Source: Hormiphora californensis
Lineage: Eukaryota > Animalia > Ctenophora
Assembly (NCBI GenBank): GCA_020137815.1
Contig: CM035358.1
Span: 4,712,001-4,776,000, forward strand
DNA: 64,000 bases
Direction of reading: 5' to 3'
Below, one piece after another: positions 13,101-24,135 of this stretch (its first letter is position 1; the number at the start of each line of letters is the position of its first letter). The position numbers and the translations under genes were made by a program. The notes below the pieces were generated by a model. The model was not told the DNA's origin. It worked only from the letters and a program-made list of their open reading frames with translations, and made no database searches.

Positions 13101-15902
13101 GCCAAATCACCACATCCAATTTCATCCTCTCCGCTTGCATTACAATCAACTTCACCAGTCGCAGATCTTCCACGGAGGGACGTAGATCGTATCACAAAAC
13201 ACTCCCTTGGTGTGAGGAGAACAGAAGTTAGCGAGATCTCTGCAATTACTGCACTGGCACTGATCCGTACACGTGCGATCGGTTTGGTTGGTCCAAGTCA
13301 TGGTGGTGAAACCTTCACAGGACAACCTTAATCTTGCAATTGTTTTATTACACTGTGTGCTCCCATACTCAAATATGTTTCCCTTTTTACACACAGGATC
13401 CCCACAGTAAGAGCCTTTAATCGCTCCACAAGTCTGGTAGGAGCTGAGCGTAGAACGTCCTTCCATGGGACATTTCAGTGAAAGTTGCCCTTCTTTCTCA
13501 TCCACATTGTATTCCTTATCGGCAAAGGGGCATTGAAACCATGTCGATTCGTCATAGCAACAGACCTTTTGTAAAAACTTCTTCCCATGACCATCTACCA
13601 GTTCTTTTATCTTGCATCCAGTTATGGGCTCCGAAGGATCCGAACATAATTCATAACTTTCACCCGCCGAACCAGAACTTCCTTGTTGCTCCTGGTACAG
13701 CAGGGAACTGTACGCAGGGTCCTCAAGTTGTATTGCTGCAAAAGAATGGACGATGTTAAAACAGGACTTACAAATCACAGTCGGACCCCGATTTAACAGC
13801 CCCCGATTTAACGGTAGCATAATCTTCCCATGATATAGGAAATTAACAATATTTGACCCCGATTTAGTGGACACCCCGATTTAACGGAGGTCCGACTGTA
13901 ACATTAATTGGAAATCATGAAATTAGTTAGCGAGGAAAAAGGAAGCCATGATTACTAACTTACTGTCATGTATTCTATGGTGATCAATGTTTGTCTCCAG
14001 AAAAGTGGAAGCTGCTGAGTCGTACCAAGCTTCGTGACAGTCCCTGTCTCGCGAATTGTAAAAGTTAAACCAAAAGCACAACTGTTCACCTTCCTCCTCC
14101 TCCTTCTCCTCATTCTCGTATTGATAATCACACATGTCCTCCTCCCAATAATTCATTTTCTCCTTCTTGTCCTTCAACTTCTTGTCCTTCGACTTCTTCA
14201 TGTCTTGTTGATCATCATTATTCATGTCCATCCAATGTAATTTAAAGTACTTGTAATGGTCGTGGCAGACGCAGTTGTATGACTCCTTTCCTTTTGCAAA
14301 CTCCACAAGAAGCAGCGGATAATTCTTGATTACCCTCCAGCGGTAGCTAACTCCAGGTGTGAGCTTCACAGGAAACACCCCGATGCCAGTACTACAATTT
14401 GGGCCGATTCGAAAGGTGTTATTGCCAAATATCTCCAATGTTCCGTTTCCATAGGATAAGTTAAAGTTTACCGGCCATTTAGTTTTCACAACCTCGACTG
14501 TAAATCCTGAGACAAATACAGTAAAGTTCAAGTTTTGTCGAGTTGTTCGATATGAAATTATTATGGGTTTTATATCTGAAGATCAGAGATCTATTGGATT
14601 AGAATTGGTTCTTTTTAAGAAGTCGTGAAGCCTAATGACATCTTTAGTCAGTCTACAAAACTTACCCTCACGATCATCAGCAGCCAAGGGTTCCAGGCAA
14701 AGAAGGATGATGAGAACTGTTAGGGTGTAAAACATAGCTTCTAATGGAAGTTTTAATTTGAGCTGATAGATATTCATTATTCGTTCAGTAAAACAAGCTT
14801 CATGTATACCACTGCATTGTATCTACAAATGACTAACGACATGTACGTGTGTGCTGTTGAGTTAAGACAAAAAGGAAGAAAACTGCTAGACTCGACTAGA
14901 GGCAGTTGTATATTATTAAAGGTTGACAAGATACCTAAAACTTTTCGTATATCGTCTTATTTTGATTTATCATTAATTTTCAGCATTTTTTCAGAATTTT
15001 TTGTCGGCTAGAAATATGTACAAAATAGGGGGTCTACTGATAAACGAGAGGCACAATTTAAAAATTGATACCGTAATATCTCCGATTCCTGATGAGATAC
15101 AGAAACCGTTTTGGTAGCGTTGGAAAGGTCTTATTGAGACCAATCCAACGCAACCAAGATCAAGTAGCTATCTTTTGAGGAACCGGAAACGTGAATTTCA
15201 ATTTGCGAGACGCAGTGAGTGTGCCCAGTAAAACCAGTGCTGACAATATCGGTAGACCCCCTATTTTGCACATATTTCTAGCCGACAAAAAAAATTCTGA
15301 AAAAATGCAGAAAATTAATGATAAATCAAAATAAGACGATGTACGAAAAGTTTTAGGTATCTTGTCAACCTTTAAAAGTTAATTCCTAGCTGTCAGTGTG
15401 TCTAACAGTCAGTATCAATGTACAGTTAAACACATATTCACCCTTACAAAGAATCAGACAAAACTAAACAGAGAATGGAGAGACAAAGGGTGTTCAAGCT
15501 GAACCATCACCCATTGAAGCTCTCTCTCTCTCCTTTTTGTACATTCACGAATCACGGGGTTGTCTGAATGGTACAGCTGTACAGATAAACACAGCTGGAG
15601 TTGGTCCTTGTTCTTCTTCTCTCTCTCTCTCTCTTTCTCTTTCTCTTTCTCTCTCTTTCACTCCTTCTCTCTCTCTCTCTTTCACTCCTTCTCTCATTCA
15701 TTCAGTTCTTCTTACCATCAGTTATCGCCTATAGGCTATAATAGCTTTTATGTCATATCTTCTGTGCTTCATGCGAAAGCGACCATTTCCTATTTTTCTT
15801 TAACCTTAGTGGGTGTGTTGTTAACCAGTACCCATTGTTCGTGTCCCCTCTCTCTCTCTAGATCTCCCCCATCTCTGTCTCTGTCTCTCACTCTGTCTCT
15901 CA

Positions 15903-15969
<67 letters not shown>

Positions 15970-18402
15970 TCTCTCCCTCTCTCTCTCTCTCTCTCACTCT
16001 CTCCTCTCACTCAAGATATATCTATTCTCTCCCTTGTCACTCTATCACACTCTGTTTTTCCCTCTTTTTCTCTCTTTCTCCTACTATACATTATTTCAGG
16101 AACCGACCGAAACAAGTAAACAACCAATCAGAACTCGTTATTTAGGTCATGTGACTGGTTATCAGCCAATCAGGGACCAGTATTTCCTGATTCGGTCGGT
16201 TCCTGCATTATTTCATCTTCTTTACTCTATTCCCAATCACACTTAATTAACTTCCTATAAAAATCTCAATAACATATTTCATCCTCCTCTTTCAATCCAG
16301 GTCACTGTCACAGCGTGGTCAACAGAAGATCCGTGTAACCTGTGGCGCTTGTCAGCGCTCTCAACCGCCGGACTAGAACATTTGGAGTGGAGTGCATTGG
16401 GGAGTGTTTACCAAGCCATCCTCAGCAACCTTGTCTCGTGGGCCAACTCACCCCCTTCTGGTAAGATTTTAAAACATAGAATGGGACAAAAGATTAAAAT
16501 TTGGGTTTAGTCGGACCTCGATTTACCGGGATGCTCGGGTTTTGCCCGGTAAATAGAGTTCCGACTGTGGTCATTAGTGTTAGCAAAATTAAGCACATGT
16601 TATACTTTATCTCCCGCAGGAGTTGAACTGCCCCCACGGGAGGACCTGGCCCTCATATCCGTGATCCTGGAGTTTCTGGCAAGGTTTACTAAACTACACC
16701 ACTCCAAACACTTTGATGTTCACCTAGTGGAACAGGTAACGGGGCCTTGCAATTATTGTTTGGGGTTGAAACTTGAAGGTAAACTAGTTGATCTTTTCAT
16801 CATGGATCACCCCTCTACCACTTTCCCTCCCCCTGATTAATAACCCTACATCAGGTTCATCAACTAGCTATGAAGGTAGCAGGACCCATTGTGACGGGGA
16901 ACCTTCTTGATAATATTCTGCGTGGTATACAGTTTTCACCTAGTCTTCCCTCCCTCCGACCACTAGAGGTATGTAATCATCTCTCGATTTCATGACAACT
17001 TTGTCACACACGTTAGTGAATTTATTTTGTGTCTTGACCAAATTCTTACTTCTACAGGTACCATCATTACCAACTATTGAGCTTCACCAGTACCACATTA
17101 CCTCTCCCTCACTCGACCTCCAGACCCTGTCCCCCTCTGGAGAATCCCTTCTCCAGCTCCATACCTGTTACTCCTTCATCAAATCTTTCATCAACTTCCT
17201 CTCCGTGTGCTACACCATATCAAGTGATCTGGGGGAGTGTGTGGGCACTGTTCTTGAGAGATGCACTGGCGTGATAACAACACCTACCCCCTCAACCAAA
17301 CTCCCTCCGGTGATATCCGAAACCATCGCCCTTACCCAACACCAGTTCCTCCTCCTCTCTCTCCGACACCTCCGATCATCAAAAACAACCAACTTTAAAC
17401 TTCTACCCCTGGGTGTGGGTGTCATGGCGTCATTACCACCCGGGTTTGAGTACCAACAGTTTCAACTTGTCACTGGAGCCCTCTTTGATTCCCACATCAA
17501 CCCCTCAAGTTGTGGTCGGCATTACGTGAAGACTGTTGAGAAACAGGTGACAAGAGAAAGGATATCAAAATCTCAGGAGCATTGGACCAAGGAAAAGGAG
17601 AGATTGTATCTAGGTAGTATCACAACACCACATTCCCTAAATCCCAACTGGATACTACTTCCTGGGTTGTCCTTGGCTGAGATGGTAGAGGGCGACCTCC
17701 AGACCTATCTGGGAAGTTTTAGAGATTTCCTATCGGCTGGTGTAGTTGATGGTATACCGGTTGTAGAGCAGTTAGTTCATGTCATGATGACCTTCCTTCT
17801 TCCCTCTCGTCCCTTCCTGAACCCTGAAACTGCTACCATATTAGGAGACATTCTGGCCCATTTTGCAGCCCTACCTACCATCGATCTCTCACCATCACAC
17901 CTACCTGGTCAGGCTTCATTTTATGATTTCTACAACTCATTCGTTGAAGGGTTCGCTGCTGAGGGGTATTGTGATCCAGTCTATGCTGGGTTCCTCCTTC
18001 CTGCCCACACGATGCAAGTTATACCCTCTCCTACCGTCGGACTCCTCTGGGTTGAGCGAGTTGAGACAGCTCCGATTTCTCCGAACCTCATCCCTTCCTC
18101 TCAACTACACGCTAAGTGCCATTGAGACGGACGCTGACATGATGACGGTGTATGTGACGTCACTCAAAAACGGTGTTACTGGTCTGGGGAAGCTGGTTGC
18201 AATGCACCATGTGGTTCGGTTCCTAACAAATGACAATGTAAAGAAGAGTGAGGAGTTGCTGGGTATGGTCCGGGGATGGTTGGCACTTTGCCCAGATCAG
18301 ATCAAGGATGAGGTGTTGGTGTGGGGTGGTGTGGATGAGGGGAATGAGGCGAGGTGGTTGGAGAAACCACCACCTGGGAGACGTGAAATGATGGGACTGT
18401 AA
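1130..18402 (+). CDS. RPAP1: RNA polymerase II-associated protein 1, multi-exon, 5' part not resolved. Exons 1130-1233, 1334-1561, 9161-9278, 9452-9577, 9741-9849, 16301-16460, 16620-16735, 16854-16968, 17058-18402 (indel error near 18070)
   Basis: GT-AG bounded exons, phase-compatible for the first five. They translate to GIVQLYRHALDG..LAALLVSPTEQ / DVVRLLADSQLPQRFWYLL..VLHLVQHSL / LLDLIVNRYLP / PRILSALCRHGR / CEVLRLWGVCLEYG..YPILV / FYDFYNSFVEGFAAEGYCD..ETDADMMTVY..VAMHHVVRFL, collinear with RPAP1 motifs as recalled from animal orthologues. A phase mismatch between 9849 and 16301 implies a missed exon or a base error. Confidence 0.85.
1644..1666. mobile_element. 23-bp mini-insertion ctgtcagagcattggcctgacag with 8-bp TSD; second copy at 32926-32948
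   Basis: TSD ggtaacac here and tacctcga at the second site. The 23-mer is identical at both sites, with 7-bp inverted ends. Confidence 0.75.
1845..2060 (-). pseudogene. Degraded relic of the 3' end and 3' flank of the 7650-8483 GPCR
   Basis: Shared blocks with 7560-7750 in direct orientation: atattgttcactt.tggct.tataggat, ggatctca.atttatattc, gtattggttgtgtccactga. Confidence 0.55.
2690..7083 (+). CDS. LDLa-repeat class A GPCR (LGR/GRL101-like 7TM, no LRRs), copy 1. Exons 2690-2768, 2872-3387, 3493-6241 (frame break near 4075), 6359-7083
   Basis: Signal peptide MFYSLPVLILLLCLEPLAA. Multiple LDLa motifs (CDGVTDCDGGIDEEC, CDLVNDCGDWSDENSC, CDGVYNCPDLTDEC). 7TM with LGR-type motifs GDLLVGIYL, GVLSTTG, TDFICWIPF, NSVINPLLY. 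Canonical splice sites. Confidence 0.85.
7414..7472 (-). pseudogene. Inverted, internally deleted copy of RPAP1 exon 9741-9849, retaining both splice sites
   Basis: Reverse complement reads ttttcag-aacgacctctccacgagattcagtgtgaag/ttatccaattctagtcag-gtaag, matching the exon ends with about 61 nt missing. Confidence 0.85.
7650..8483 (-). CDS. Intronless small orphan class A (rhodopsin-like) GPCR, 277 aa
   Basis: Seven hydrophobic segments, TM1 GIISN, TM2 LNTVD, TM3 GGARLLALSRPF (DRY-equivalent), TM7 NAALNPLV. Confidence 0.8.
   Translation of the reverse strand: MESWPPVRISVIAIATAGIISNTFSLFYNFRRKGFPRQLYIILNTVDISVCAFGILYKSEIFQQVITAKVIILSHLTLANQASGLWTCVMGGARLLALSRPFYQINKPVFWSISISLLAIGTIPQTVILYLNDTDNTIKKQERNAWIYLGCSIAIILVNLVITVYTGILLNRKSEVSAETDQQRRNAAVTVVLLGIVFLLTNTGGVVVCATLKSQEDAGFKKPIGGSFQIWLVLMAVNAALNPLVILRRKLMNVLHYWGRITSTINRASVDTTNTAN
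10066..14735 (-). CDS. LDLa-repeat class A GPCR copy 2, inverted paralogue of copy 1. Same frame break near 13155; several single-base deletions in 10100-11020 (error or decay)
   Basis: ORFs 13923-14531, 13152-13874, 10904-13195 and 10019-10522 are near-identical to copy 1 segments. Same exon layout, ATG at 14735. Confidence 0.8.
13778..13898. mobile_element. CAGTCGGACCCCG-terminated Tc1/mariner-like MITE. Related fragments at about 7089-7190, 16509-16567, 47594-47680 and 54907-54982
   Basis: Inverted termini cagtcggacc...ggtccgactg and internal ccccgatttaa/accgg subrepeats. Present in an intron of GPCR copy 2 but absent from copy 1. Confidence 0.65.
14920..15371. mobile_element. Non-autonomous DNA transposon with about 120-bp TIRs and TTAA TSD (Kolobok-like)
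   Basis: ttaa-aggttgacaagatacc ... ggtatcttgtcaacct-ttaa. RR..YY termini with TTAA TSD are typical of Kolobok. Confidence 0.8.
16097..16205. mobile_element. 109-bp hAT-like MITE (CAGGAACCGACCGAA TIR). Copies at 25985-26093, 33059-33162, 35593-35701, 37871-38055, 49248-49356 and 55452-55549
   Basis: Seven near-identical copies. 8-bp TSDs cattattt, attcaacc and gttcatgg. CAG termini. Confidence 0.9.
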
Positions 18403-18776
18403 ACAATTGGAACATGATCCTGATCAATTTGCTGGGTATGATCCGGGGGTGGTTGGCACTTTGCCCAGACCAGATCAAGGATGAGGTGTTGGTGTGGGGT
18501 GGTGTGGATGGGAGGAATGAGGCGAGGTGGTTGGAGAAACCACCACCTGGGAGACGTGAAATGATGGGACTGTAAACAATTGGAACATGATCCTGATCAA
18601 TTTGCTGGGTATGATCCGGGGGTGGTTGGCACTTTGCCCAGACCAGATCAAGGATGAGGTGTTGGTGTGGGGTGGTGTGGATGGGAGGAATGAGGTGTGG
18701 TGGTTGGAGAAACCACCACCTGGGAGACGTGAAATGATGGGACTGTAAACAATTGGAACATGATCCTGATCAATTT
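18258..18776 (+). repeat. Tandem triplication (about 173-bp unit) of the RPAP1 C-terminal coding end, stop codon and start of the 3' UTR
   Basis: gctgggtatg...atgatgggactgtaaacaattggaacatgatcctgatcaattt occurs three times. Confidence 0.9.
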
Positions 18777-18817
18777 AATTCTCGCCAGATCAGATGATGA
18801 TATTTATCTTTTTATCT

Positions 18818-18944
18818 ATTATGCCAAAAACTAACAGAAATTAGTTGGCTGGAAAGGTGACCATTTTGTTGTCAAACTGACACCTTTGCCCTCACCGGGT
18901 TTCATCATTATCTTTCCCTCTCTGATTTATATCTCTCTCTTTCA

Positions 18945-19014
<70 letters not shown>

Positions 19015-19159
19015 ATCTTTATCTCTCTCTTTCTATCTGATTTACCCCCTGATTTACCCCATCGATCATATCCGTAACCCGGGCCGGGCAAAGGTGTCAG
19101 TTTGACAACAAAATGGTCACCTTTCCAGCCAACTAATTTCTGTTAGTTTTTGGCATAAT
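18818..19159. mobile_element. Foldback/MITE with about 75-bp TIRs around a CT microsatellite
   Basis: attatgccaaaaactaacagaaattagttggctggaaaggtgacc...ctttgccc, with its reverse complement at 19085-19159. Confidence 0.75.
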
Positions 19160-19780
19160 TGGGGTATATTTTTGGTATTTTCTGATGTGAAATACAATGT
19201 AAGACATGTCTGAACGTGTAAAGACCGTCAGGAATCGCTAAAATACGAAAATTTCAATTTTGACGTCATTATGACGTCATAGCGTGACGTCACGACGTTA
19301 TAACGTCAAGATAGGGATACATTATTATCAGGCTCATCTAGATAAAGATGCTGACCAAGTTTGAGATCGATTGGACAAGATTTGAGGTCGCTCTGGCGAA
19401 AAACGCATTATCGTCATATCTATTTTCATACAGTCTTAACACTTCAGACGCGATTTGAGACCCTTAGAAATAGAGTTTCACAAATTCGCGATATAGTTTC
19501 TGAAAGTATAGACGATTATCTTTCGTAAGTGCGGTCTCCGTTTTTCAATCAGAAGCCGTCTTCAGGGTGTAAATTGAGCTCAAAGAAATTTGGTTGATTT
19601 GAAAAAACTCTTATCTTTATGACAGTTTGTTAAGACGTTCTGGTTGGACCTAGAACATGAAAACTATTCGTCTACACAATTTGAACGATTATCTTTCGAA
19701 TGCAACAAACGAGAAGTGTCTATCTTATGTTGTTTTCTCTCAAAAATGATTATAAATTTGGTAAAAACAGCGTCTATCCA

Positions 19781-20821
19781 TCACTGCGCTGGCAAGCGCA
19801 AAGGTGACCCCATCCATCCCCCGAAAAAAAATTTCCCCCCAAAACGGACCGCTTGCTCACAGCGTATATATAGTTATTTCATACTTTTAGCCCATTTTGG
19901 CACTTTTTGACATGCCATAACTCCCGAACCGGAAGAGCTAGGAAGCTGAAATTTTGTACTTAGAAGCTTCTTGTAGACCTCTATCGATGGTAAAAATTTC
20001 AAGTAGCTAGCTCTTTTTGTTCAAAAGTTATAACACCACCCCCAAAACAGAAAATTCAGTGTGGGGATAACTAGGTTGATATATATATATATATATGTAT
20101 AGACGCTTTGTTACCATCCGTTTGGTCCCAGTTTGAGACGAACCAGACATCGTACGACCTTAAACCAAGCGGCATTCGACAGATAATTGTCTCGTGCATG
20201 TACCCATCTGGGTGGAGACTCTCCATCTTAGCTATGACGCGCGCAATGACGTCACGAGTGACGTCATTGCGCGAGACCGACTAACTTTTTTCAAACGCCT
20301 CTAGCACCCTAAAGACGTGTTCCGATTTCTGATTTGACGAAAAATCGTTACCGGCAAATTGTCTGAACTTTCAGATACTATATTGTGAATTTTCGTAGCT
20401 TATCATTTTGAGCCCTTAAATCGCGTCAAAAGTCAAAAATTTGACGAAAAATTCAGCAAATTCAACGTTTTTCGAGCAAAAACTCCCTTTCCTGACCACT
20501 GTGGTCAATGAAACTTTACAAGCTCCTTTGGGGTATTGATTCAAAATATATCGTGATGCAATTACGTCGTTACGACGTCACTAATTACGTCAAATGACGT
20601 CATTACGACGTCTAAAATACGATCGCATCATTTCGACAATATTACATCATGAAATAATCTCATGCTACGATTAGAAACCAAAAAGGGACCTAAATTAAGC
20701 CAAAAACTAATTGAAATTAGTTGGCGGGAAAGGTGACCCACTTACACCTTTGCCTGCTGCCGGGATCAGGGATATAAGAGGTGAATATAATGGAATAAGG
20801 CAGTGAAAGAGAGTTTGATAG

Positions 20822-20880
<59 letters not shown>

Positions 20881-21316
20881 GAGAGACAGAGAGAGAGAGC
20901 GAGAGAGAATGAGAGAGAATGAGAGAGAGAGACAGGGACAGGAGAGAGTTCGTGGTGATACCCGGCAGTAGCAAAAGGTGTAAGTGGGTCACCTTTCCCG
21001 CCAACTAATTTCAATTAGTTTTTGGCTTATAGATAGATACATAGATAGATAGATAGACCCGGGACATTTATTGCTTTTTTCACGATGCCATATCTCTAAA
21101 ACTAAAAGAGATAGAGACTTGCCCTTTTAAACTGCAGTAGATCTAGACTATGTGACACTGTATACCAAATTTCAGACCGATCGGTGCAGTGGGGGCCTCC
21201 CTATGGGCGTCGCAAAATGCCATTTTTGGCTAAAAACTTAAAAAAGTTATTACTGCACTCTGGCACGCGCGGCTGGGGGGAGGGGATGGTCACCTTTGCG
21301 CTTGCCAGCGCAGTGA
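19781..21316. mobile_element. TIR element (tcactgcgctggcaagcgcaaaggtgacc) containing a nested MITE at 20696-21029
   Basis: Inverted 29-bp termini at 19781 and 21316. The inner element has about 65-bp TIRs around a GA microsatellite. Confidence 0.65.
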
Positions 21317-21518
21317 CTTTTACTTTTAGTAACTTATTCTTTTTTATCATTCAAAACGGTTGTAGTTTCTCTCTTTCAATAGTACAAATTGTCACAACGA
21401 TTGCTCAAATAACAATTCCCTCCCACCAGCGCTATGTTTTCCCTTCGCTCCCTGGTTGATAAAGTTAGCGAGTTGAAATCAGAGATTTCTGACCGTCTCG
21501 CTATCACTCCCTCCCCAG

Positions 21519-24135
21519 ATGAACTACATCAGAACATACCAGATACCATGATGGATCCTGGTGATGACGGGACTGATCTCTTTGTTGGTTAGTTCTTGTG
21601 TTGGATATCTCCCTACTTCTATAACATCACTCAATATACTGACATACTCCATTTGACCCACTTCCCAGCCCCTCTTTTCCTGGCTCCTCCCATCCGCTAA
21701 CCCTTTCCCAATTCCCACCTGTGCAGATTTCCTATCCTAATTAGGGGTTAGGCCTAACCCCCTCTCTCTATTTCCACTACCCTAATCCGTTTTCCCTGTC
21801 CCCAGGTGCAAATCTCCTCCCCTAACCCTTTTCCTGTCCCCAGGTGCAAATCTCCCCTAACCCTTTTCCTGTCCCCAGGTGCAAATCTCCTCCCCTAACC
21901 CTTTTCCTGTCCCCAGGTGCAAATCTCCTCCCCTAACCCTTTTCCTGTCCCCAGGTGCAAATCTCCTCCCCTAACCCTTTTCCTGTCCCCAGGTGCAAAT
22001 CTCCTCCCCTAACCCTTTTCCTGTCCCCAGGTGCAAATCTCCCCTAACCCTTTTCCTGTCACCAGGTGCAAATCTCCTCCCCTAACCCTTTTCCTGTTCC
22101 CAGGTGCAAATCTCCTCCCCTAACCCTTTTCCTGTCCCCAGGTGCAAATCTCCTCCCCTAACCCTTTTCCTGTTTCCAGGTGCAAATCTCCTCCCCTAAC
22201 CCTTTTCCTGTTCACAGGTGCAAATCTCCTCCCCTAACCCTTTTCCTGTCCCCAGGTGCAAATCTCCCCTAACCCTTTTCCTGTTCACAGGTGCAAATCT
22301 CCTCCCCTAACCCTTTTCCTGTCCCCAGGTGCAAATCTCCCCTAACCCTTTTCCTGTCCCCAGGTGCAAATCTCCTCCCCTAACCCTTTTCCTGTCCCCA
22401 GGTGCAAATCTCCTCCCCTAACCCTTTTCCTGTCCCCAGGTGCAAATCTCCTCCCCTAACCCTTTTCCTGTTCACAGGTGCAAATCTCCCCTAACCCTTT
22501 TCCTGTTCACAGGTGCAGATCTTCTCTTCTCAAACCCCCTCTCTATTCCCTGCAACTAACCCCACTTCTACCCCTTCCTGAAGGTGCAGATCTCCTCTTC
22601 TCAAACCCCCTCTCTATTCCCTGCAACTAACCCCACTTCTACCCCTTCCTGCAGGTGCAGATCTTCTCTTCTCAAACCCCCTCTCTATTCCCTGCAACTA
22701 ACCCCACTTCTACCCCTTCCTGCAGGTGCAGATCTTCTCTTCTCAAACCCCCTCTCTATTCCCTGCAACTAACCCCACTTCTACCCCTTCCTGCAGGTGC
22801 AGATCTTCTCTTCTCAAACCCCCTCTCTATTCCCTGCAACTAACCCCACTTCTACCCCTTCCTGCAGGTGCAGATCTTCTCTTCTCAAACCCCCTCTCTA
22901 TTCCCTGCAACTAACCCCACTTCTACCCCTTCCTGCAGGTGCAGATCTTCTCTTCTCAAACCCCCTCTCTATTCCCTGCAACTAACCCCACTTCTACCCC
23001 TTCCTGCAGGTGCAGATCTTCTCTTCTCAAACCCCCTCTCTATTCCCTGCAACTAACCCCACTTCTACCCCTTCCTGCAGGTGCAGATCTCCTCTTCTCA
23101 AACCCCCTCTCTATTCCTTGTATAGTTGCAGATCTTTTAACCCCACTTCTACCCCTTACTCCAGGTGCAGATCTGCTCCACAAGTACCAGGAGGCCTGGG
23201 AGGATATCCACCGAACTACCATGACCCAATCCACATCTGCCATAACCACCGCAGACAAGATAACCACTCTCCACAGGTGGTTAAACCACCAAAACACCCT
23301 GATAACCACCCTCACCAACAGTCTGGAGGATATTCCCCGGTTAGCGGGGGTGTTGGATAGTTGTGTGGGAGTTGTCAGGGAAACAGGACTCAACATTTCA
23401 TCTCTGATAGTGGAGTTAGATAAACTCGAGGCAGATTGTGATAAACTACATACAGAACGGTTAAAATCGGTCCACCGTTTCCACTTGAATTCCTACCGGG
23501 AGGAGCGGCTACGGGAGCTCAACCAGCGGAAAACACTAATGGAGAAGTCACATCACGAATCTCTAAAAGTCAAGGCATTGAAAGAGTGCATGGCAATGAC
23601 AGAACGGCAAAGCACGTTTGGTGAACTGTTTGCGGAGGAAATGCAGGATTATAAGAGAACTGGATCTCTACCAGTACGGTACCAACAACATCAAGAGACA
23701 ACCACCCAACAACCAGATTTGCAGGCTAGTGGTGGTGTGGGGAATACAGCAGATACCTTAGACTCCTTCGTACCGGACGGTGATCAGACGGATTTAGCGG
23801 ATTTCTTGGGTTCATCTTCCACTACTGAGCAGTTGTCCAGTTTAACTGAAGAACTAGAAGAGGGGGAGATAGAGGAAAGCAGGGAACAAGAGGGGGAGAT
23901 AGAAGAAATTAGGAAACAAGAGGAGGAGATAGAAGAAATTAGGGATCAAGAGGATAGAAGTGAAAGGAATAATAAAGAGGAGAAGGAGGAAAGCGAGAGT
24001 AGTAATAATGAAGTTTTAGGCGGGGAGGAGAGTGGGTCGGATCAATTCGAAGACTGTGAATCACTTGGTGAGAAAACAGAAAATGAAGGTCGGAATCTTG
24101 TAGATCCTGAACAGACAATTGACATGACTGATTGA
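21519..24135 (+). CDS. DTNBP1: Dysbindin (BLOC-1 subunit). Exons 21519-21587 and 23165-24135; start not resolved
   Basis: GADLLHKYQEAWEDIH...IPRL...CDKLHTER...YREERLREL...ERQSTFGELFAEEMQDYKRTG follows the dysbindin coiled-coil pattern, followed by an acidic tail with DLADFL. Confidence 0.85.
21780..23164 (+). repeat. Two minisatellite arrays in the dysbindin intron: about 20 x 35-38 bp, then about 9 x 71 bp
   Basis: Units ccctaacccttttcctgtccccaggtgcaaatctcctc and gtgcagatcttctc...caactaaccccacttctaccccttcctgcag. Confidence 0.95.

Noticed and set aside
17990-18125. Programmed frameshift in RPAP1, or a genome-wide TGA-G recoding rule
   Set aside because: Homology indicates the frame changes about 50 nt before the stop, with other nearby indels, which fits sequencing error. 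TGA-G arises trivially from NNT-GAG in the +1 frame.
21780-23164. CRISPR-like regular array or telomeric CCCTAA repeats
   Set aside because: Units are contiguous without unique spacers, and CCCTAA occurs once per unit as a branch-point-like motif. The context is eukaryotic with no cas genes.
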